DNA of 43,300 nt, from positions 1 through 43,300 of the forward strand of contig CAZXVO010000003.1 in the NCBI GenBank assembly GCA_964643835.1, given 5' to 3'. A model generated the notes under the pieces. It did no database searches. It worked only from the letters and a program-made list of their open reading frames with translations, and was not told the DNA's origin. The stretch is from an uncultured Phenylobacterium sp. Its GTDB lineage: Bacteria > Pseudomonadota > Alphaproteobacteria > Caulobacterales > Caulobacteraceae. The translations under genes and the position numbers were made by a program. Shown here piece by piece: positions 39,473 through 43,300 of the stretch. Every line of letters begins with the position of its first letter. Position 1 is the stretch's first letter.

Positions 39473-39933
39473 GGCTTGGTCTCCGGGCCCTGGCTGTCCC
39501 ACCGGGCGATATCTGAATGGTCCTGGTCGCGGGGCTCGATCCACCTTGGGCCGTCGGGACCGGTCTCCTTCTTCCAGAAGGGGGCGCGGCTCTTCAAGTA
39601 GTCCATGAGGAAATCGCAGGCCTCGAAGGCGGCGCGGCGGTGCGGAGCGGCGGTGGCGACGAAGACGATGGCCTCGCCGGGCGCGATGTCGCCGACCCTG
39701 TGGACGATCATCAGGTCCTGCAGGGCGAAGCGCGTCTGGGCCTGGTCGGCGATGGCCTGGATGGCCCGCTCGGTGAAGCCCGGATAGGCCTCCAGGGTCA
39801 GGGTGGTGGTCGAGCCGGCCTCGGCGCGGGCCAGGCCTGTGAAGCTGGCGATGGCGCCGGTCTCAGTGCGGCCCTGGGAGAAGTCGGTCAGGAGAGCGCC
39901 GGGCTCGAAGGGCTGGTCGGTGAGCCGGATCAT
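39469..39933 (-). CDS. moaE: Molybdopterin synthase catalytic subunit
   Basis: [38 protein letters not shown]. Confidence 0.97.
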   Translation of the reverse strand: MIRLTDQPFEPGALLTDFSQGRTETGAIASFTGLARAEAGSTTTLTLEAYPGFTERAIQAIADQAQTRFALQDLMIVHRVGDIAPGEAIVFVATAAPHRRAAFEACDFLMDYLKSRAPFWKKETGPDGPRWIEPRDQDHSDIARWDSQGPETKP

Positions 39934-40172
39934 CAGCCGCCGCTCATCGGGGGCAGGAAAGCGACCTCGGAGCGGGCGGTGACGGGGGCGTCGCCGCGGA
40001 CGATCTCCAGGTCCAGGGCGATCTGGACGCCAGGACCGGACAGGGCCTCGCCCAGGGTTTGGTTGTCTTCAGCCAGGCGGGTCTTGAGGGCTAAGAGGCT
40101 GTCGCCCTCGATCTCGCGCTCGCGCCAGCCGGCGAGGTCGGCCAGGCGGCCGAACAACAGGACACGGGCCAT
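39933..40172 (-). CDS. moaD: Molybdopterin synthase sulfur carrier subunit
   Basis: 79 aa, VLLFG, EVAFLPPMSGG C-terminal GG. Confidence 0.95.
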   Translation of the reverse strand: MARVLLFGRLADLAGWREREIEGDSLLALKTRLAEDNQTLGEALSGPGVQIALDLEIVRGDAPVTARSEVAFLPPMSGG

Positions 40173-40175
40173 GGC

Positions 40176-41198
40176 TCAGCCGCCCGTGGTCGACATGTGC
40201 CGGGCCACGGCGGGGGCGGCGGCGCGGGCGATCTGGAAGTCGTGGCCTTGAGGCTTTGCGTCGACGGCCAGGCGGATGGCGTCGACCAGGTCGGCGTCGC
40301 TGGCGCCCGCGCGGATCACCGCCCGCAGGTCCGAGGCGTCCTCCCTGCCGAGGCAAGTATGCAGGGTGCCGGTGCAGGTCAGCCGCACCCGGTTGCAGGC
40401 CTCGCAGAAGTTATGGCTGAGCGGGGTGATGAAGCCCAGCCGGCCGCCGGTCTCGTCCACCCCGACATAGCGGGCCGGGCCGCCGGTCTGGTGGTCGATG
40501 TCGGTGAGGGTCCAGAAGCTCTCCAGCTCGCGGCGGACGTCCTTCAGCGACAGGAACTGGTCGGTGCGGTCGACCTCGATCTCGCCCAGGGGCATGGCCT
40601 CGATCAGGGTCGTATCGCAGCCCCGGCCGTGGGCCCAGGCGATCAGTTCGGGCAGCTCAGCGGCGTTGTCATCCTTCAGCGCCACGGCGTTGATCTTGAC
40701 CTTCAGGCCGGCGGCCTGGGCCGCGTCGATCCCGGCGATGACCTGGGCGAGCTGGCCGCCGCGGGTCAGGGTGCGGAACAGCTCGGGCTTCAGGGTGTCC
40801 AGCGAGACATTGACCCGCCGCACGCCCGCAGCTGCCAGCTGGTCCGCGAACTCGGTCAGGCGCGTGCCGTTGGTGGTCAGGGTCAGCTCGTCCAGGGCTC
40901 CGGACTTCAGGTGACGGCCCAGGGATCCGATCAGGTCCATCACGCCTTTGCGCACCAGAGGCTCGCCGCCGGTGATCCGCAGCTTCCTCACGCCCAGACC
41001 CACGAAGGCCGAGGCGAGGCGGTCCAGCTCCTCAAGGGTCAGCACTTCCTTCTTGGGCAGGAAGGTCATGTGCTCGGACATGCAATAGACGCAGCGAAGG
41101 TCGCATCGGTCGGTGACCGAGACCCGCAGATAGGTCACCGTGCGGCCATACCCGTCGATCAGGGCGGGACCGCCAAAGGCCTGCGTGCGCGCGTCCAA
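40176..41198 (-). CDS. moaA: GTP 3',8-cyclase (radical SAM)
   Basis: [33 protein letters not shown]...CL, MSTTGG; TTG start with GGAGG RBS. Confidence 0.97.
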   Translation of the reverse strand: MDARTQAFGGPALIDGYGRTVTYLRVSVTDRCDLRCVYCMSEHMTFLPKKEVLTLEELDRLASAFVGLGVRKLRITGGEPLVRKGVMDLIGSLGRHLKSGALDELTLTTNGTRLTEFADQLAAAGVRRVNVSLDTLKPELFRTLTRGGQLAQVIAGIDAAQAAGLKVKINAVALKDDNAAELPELIAWAHGRGCDTTLIEAMPLGEIEVDRTDQFLSLKDVRRELESFWTLTDIDHQTGGPARYVGVDETGGRLGFITPLSHNFCEACNRVRLTCTGTLHTCLGREDASDLRAVIRAGASDADLVDAIRLAVDAKPQGHDFQIARAAAPAVARHMSTTGG

Positions 41199-41306
41199 CC
41201 CAGCCGCCTCCGAAACGGCGCAAGGACGCGCCGGTCATGCTCCCCTTCTACCGCCCGGCCGGCGGCGAAAAAACCCGTCCACGCCCCAAGTGGGCCAGCC
41301 AGGCGC

Positions 41307-41320
41307 TTGATAAGTTTCAA
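41307..41320. promoter_or_regulatory. Fnr/FixK-like box between divergent moaA and TetR genes
   Basis: TTGAT-AAGT-TTCAA, one mismatch to TTGAT-N4-ATCAA; flanks extend the palindrome (cTTGA-N6-TCAAg). Confidence 0.6.
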
Positions 41321-41433
41321 GTCCCGACAATCGCGGCGCCCGCCACAGGTTGCTGATTTTCGCGCGCGCCCGCGCCGACGCCGCAGGCGCAGGCGCCGCA
41401 GCCCCCGCCCTAGGCTTCGATCAGGAGGCCCAG

Positions 41434-42033
41434 ATGACCAGGATCGTGACGGCGGCGAACCACGCCCGCGCGCACCGCAAGGCGGACTTCACCTGCGGCC
41501 AGTTGATGGACGCCGCGCTGCAGATCATTGCGCGCGAGGGTGTTCATGCGGCCAGCTATGCGCGGATCGCCCAGCAGGCCGGCGTCGTTCGCGGCGTCAT
41601 CTACTATCACTTCGAGGATCGCCCGACCTTCCTGCGGGCGCTACACGCCCATGTGGTCCGGCGGCGGAATGAGCGGCTGGCGGCGGTGGCCCACGGCCCG
41701 ATGGGGATGCGCTCGCTCTCAGCCCTGATCGACCTCTATTGGGGACTGCTGCAAGAGCCGCCATTCCGCGCGCACGCCGAACTGGCCAAGGCGGCTGAGA
41801 GCGATCCTGGCCTACGGGCGATCATGGCCCGCGAGGCGCCGGTCTGGGGCCTGCCCGGCCTCGCCTTGGGAAACCCGGACAGTGACGGACGGATGCTCCT
41901 GGCCATCCTGGCGTGCGTCTCCAACGCCTCCGAGGAGGGGTCATCGTCGCATCAACCGGGCAAGCCGGCGATGCTCGACTATCTGAAGCGCCTGGTGGCG
42001 GCAGGCGTCCCACAATTGGTCACAGCCGCCTGA
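41434..42033 (+). CDS. TetR/AcrR family transcriptional regulator
   Basis: AGGAGG RBS; LMDAALQIIAREGVHAASYARIAQQAGVVRGVIYYHF. Confidence 0.82.
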   Translation: MTRIVTAANHARAHRKADFTCGQLMDAALQIIAREGVHAASYARIAQQAGVVRGVIYYHFEDRPTFLRALHAHVVRRRNERLAAVAHGPMGMRSLSALIDLYWGLLQEPPFRAHAELAKAAESDPGLRAIMAREAPVWGLPGLALGNPDSDGRMLLAILACVSNASEEGSSSHQPGKPAMLDYLKRLVAAGVPQLVTAA

Positions 42034-42605
42034 GCCTGCGCCAGGTCTTGCGGGGTATTCAGATTGGCGAAGGCGGCCGGGTCCGGCCAGGCCGCGGTGA
42101 CGCAGCCGACCTGCTCGGCGAACCCCCGCAAGGACGAACGCCCCGTCGCCAAGTAGGCGCCGACCTCCCCCGCACAGGACGCCTCCCAGAGCGAGCAGGC
42201 CGGATGCAGCCGGTCGCCGGAGACCGCCAGGGCCGCCCGCGACGCAGGCACCCCGTCCATAGCTTCAACCAGGCGGTCAGCCAGGTCCTGAGGCAGGTGT
42301 GGCGCGTCGCAGGGCAGCAGCAGGAGACGCCGCGCCCCGACCTGTCCCGCAAAGGTCAGCCCCGCATAGAGGCCCGCCATAGGGCCTTCGACATCCGGAG
42401 GGTCCGGAAGTTCGGGGGCCCGCAAGCCCTTGCCTGCCTGGCCGGTCCGGCGCACGGACACCGCCACGTACGGAGAGCGCTGAAGGGCGAAGTCGAGGGC
42501 CCAGTCGATCAGTGGGCGGCCCTGCAGCAGCCGCAGGGGCTTGTCGCCGCCCATCCGGCGCCCCTCGCCGCCGGCCAGCACCACCACGACCAGGTCCGGG
42601 GTCAT
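41979..42605 (-). CDS. mobA: Molybdenum cofactor guanylyltransferase
   Basis: VLAGGEGRRMGGDK, GPMAG, PCDAP, HP, FANLNTPQDL. Confidence 0.92.
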   Translation of the reverse strand: MTPDLVVVVLAGGEGRRMGGDKPLRLLQGRPLIDWALDFALQRSPYVAVSVRRTGQAGKGLRAPELPDPPDVEGPMAGLYAGLTFAGQVGARRLLLLPCDAPHLPQDLADRLVEAMDGVPASRAALAVSGDRLHPACSLWEASCAGEVGAYLATGRSSLRGFAEQVGCVTAAWPDPAAFANLNTPQDLAQAQAAVTNCGTPAATRRFR

Positions 42606-43267
42606 TTGTGACGCCCGACGCGCGGGCGGGGCGGCGGCCGCAGCACGGCTCCGGTCATCAGCCGCTGGGCTGCTGCCGCACCGCCGACACTGGTCTCCAG
42701 GTCCCGCAGCAGGCCGTCCTGGACCGAGTAGATCCAGCCATGGACCGACAGGGGCTGGCCCCGCCGCCAGGCGTCACGGACAAAGGGGTTGGCGGCCACG
42801 GCGGCCACCTGGGCCTTCACGTTGCGCTCGCAGACATCGTTCACCCGGGCGTCGAAGTCGGCGATGGCCTCGAGCTCTCCGGCATGCTCGGCGCACAGGC
42901 AGGCGACCGGCTGCAGCCAGTGGTCGATCAGCCCATGCCGCTCCCCGCTGAGCGCGGCGCGCACGCCGCCGCAGCCATAGTGGCCGCAGACGATCACATG
43001 GCGGACCCGCAGGATCTCTACCGCGAACTGCAACACCGACAGGAAGTTGGCGTCCTGGGGTGGGGCAAGATTGGCGACATTGCGGTGGACGAACAGCTCG
43101 CCCGGATCCAGGCCGACGATCTCGTTGGCCGGCACGCGGCTGTCGGAACAGCCGATCCACAGATAGTCCGGCGCTTGCTGGCCCTTCAGCCGCTTGAAGA
43201 AACCGGGATCAGCCGCGACCTTGCGCGCGGCCCAAGCCTTGTTGTTCGCCTTCAGGTGATCGAGCAT
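42602..43267 (-). CDS. can: Beta-class carbonic anhydrase
   Basis: WIGCSDSRVP, GELFVHRNVAN, CGHYGCGG, VHGWIY. Confidence 0.96.
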   Translation of the reverse strand: MLDHLKANNKAWAARKVAADPGFFKRLKGQQAPDYLWIGCSDSRVPANEIVGLDPGELFVHRNVANLAPPQDANFLSVLQFAVEILRVRHVIVCGHYGCGGVRAALSGERHGLIDHWLQPVACLCAEHAGELEAIADFDARVNDVCERNVKAQVAAVAANPFVRDAWRRGQPLSVHGWIYSVQDGLLRDLETSVGGAAAAQRLMTGAVLRPPPRPRVGRHK

Positions 43268-43300
43268 GGCCGCGCCATACCTCCGCCCGCCCGTCGCCGC

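Noticed and set aside
41032-41300. Possible Moco riboswitch or uORF (41032-41238) upstream of moaA
   Set aside because: No recognisable Moco RNA motif by eye; the uORF has poor SD spacing and no supporting features. An Rfam scan would settle it.

Overview
A high-GC alphaproteobacterial chromosomal segment, most consistent with Caulobacteraceae (Phenylobacterium/Caulobacter-like). This rests on a truncated ATP synthase epsilon, an extended L21, a KidO-like aldo-keto reductase, an LdpF/EnvC-like degenerate M23, an MCP ending in DWEEF and CtrA-like boxes. The backbone is housekeeping: the end of atpD-atpC, the conserved rplU-rpmA-GNAT-obgE-proB-proA-nadD-rsfS-rlmH-envC-ctpA-yibQ-rppH run, cobW/WD40, mtgA, kidO, xdhC, a molybdenum-cofactor cluster (moaA-D-E-B-C-moeA, mobA) and a beta-carbonic anhydrase. 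Several accessory blocks sit within it. (i) About 10 kb between ctpA and yibQ carries an MCP, a TetR-linked split ACAD10/11 (LvaA/LvaC)-like kinase + acyl-CoA dehydrogenase + Zn dehydrogenase operon, a secreted NUP-family protein coupled to an NCS2 purine permease, and a second ACAD10/11-type kinase. (ii) A nucleotidyltransferase lies between proB and a strongly divergent 520-aa proA. (iii) A class A beta-lactamase-like protein with a long N-terminal extension follows a DmeF-like CDF that sits under a perfect Zur-type box. (iv) Two orphan exbD genes, one with a double TTAC-N4-GTAA operator. (v) A PepSY/di-heme cytochrome b/membrane-anchored LuxR module. Three related 110-125 bp palindromic repeats all lie between convergent genes. 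No rRNA, tRNA, CRISPR array, transposase or integrase was seen. All calls come from motif recognition by eye; no database search was run.
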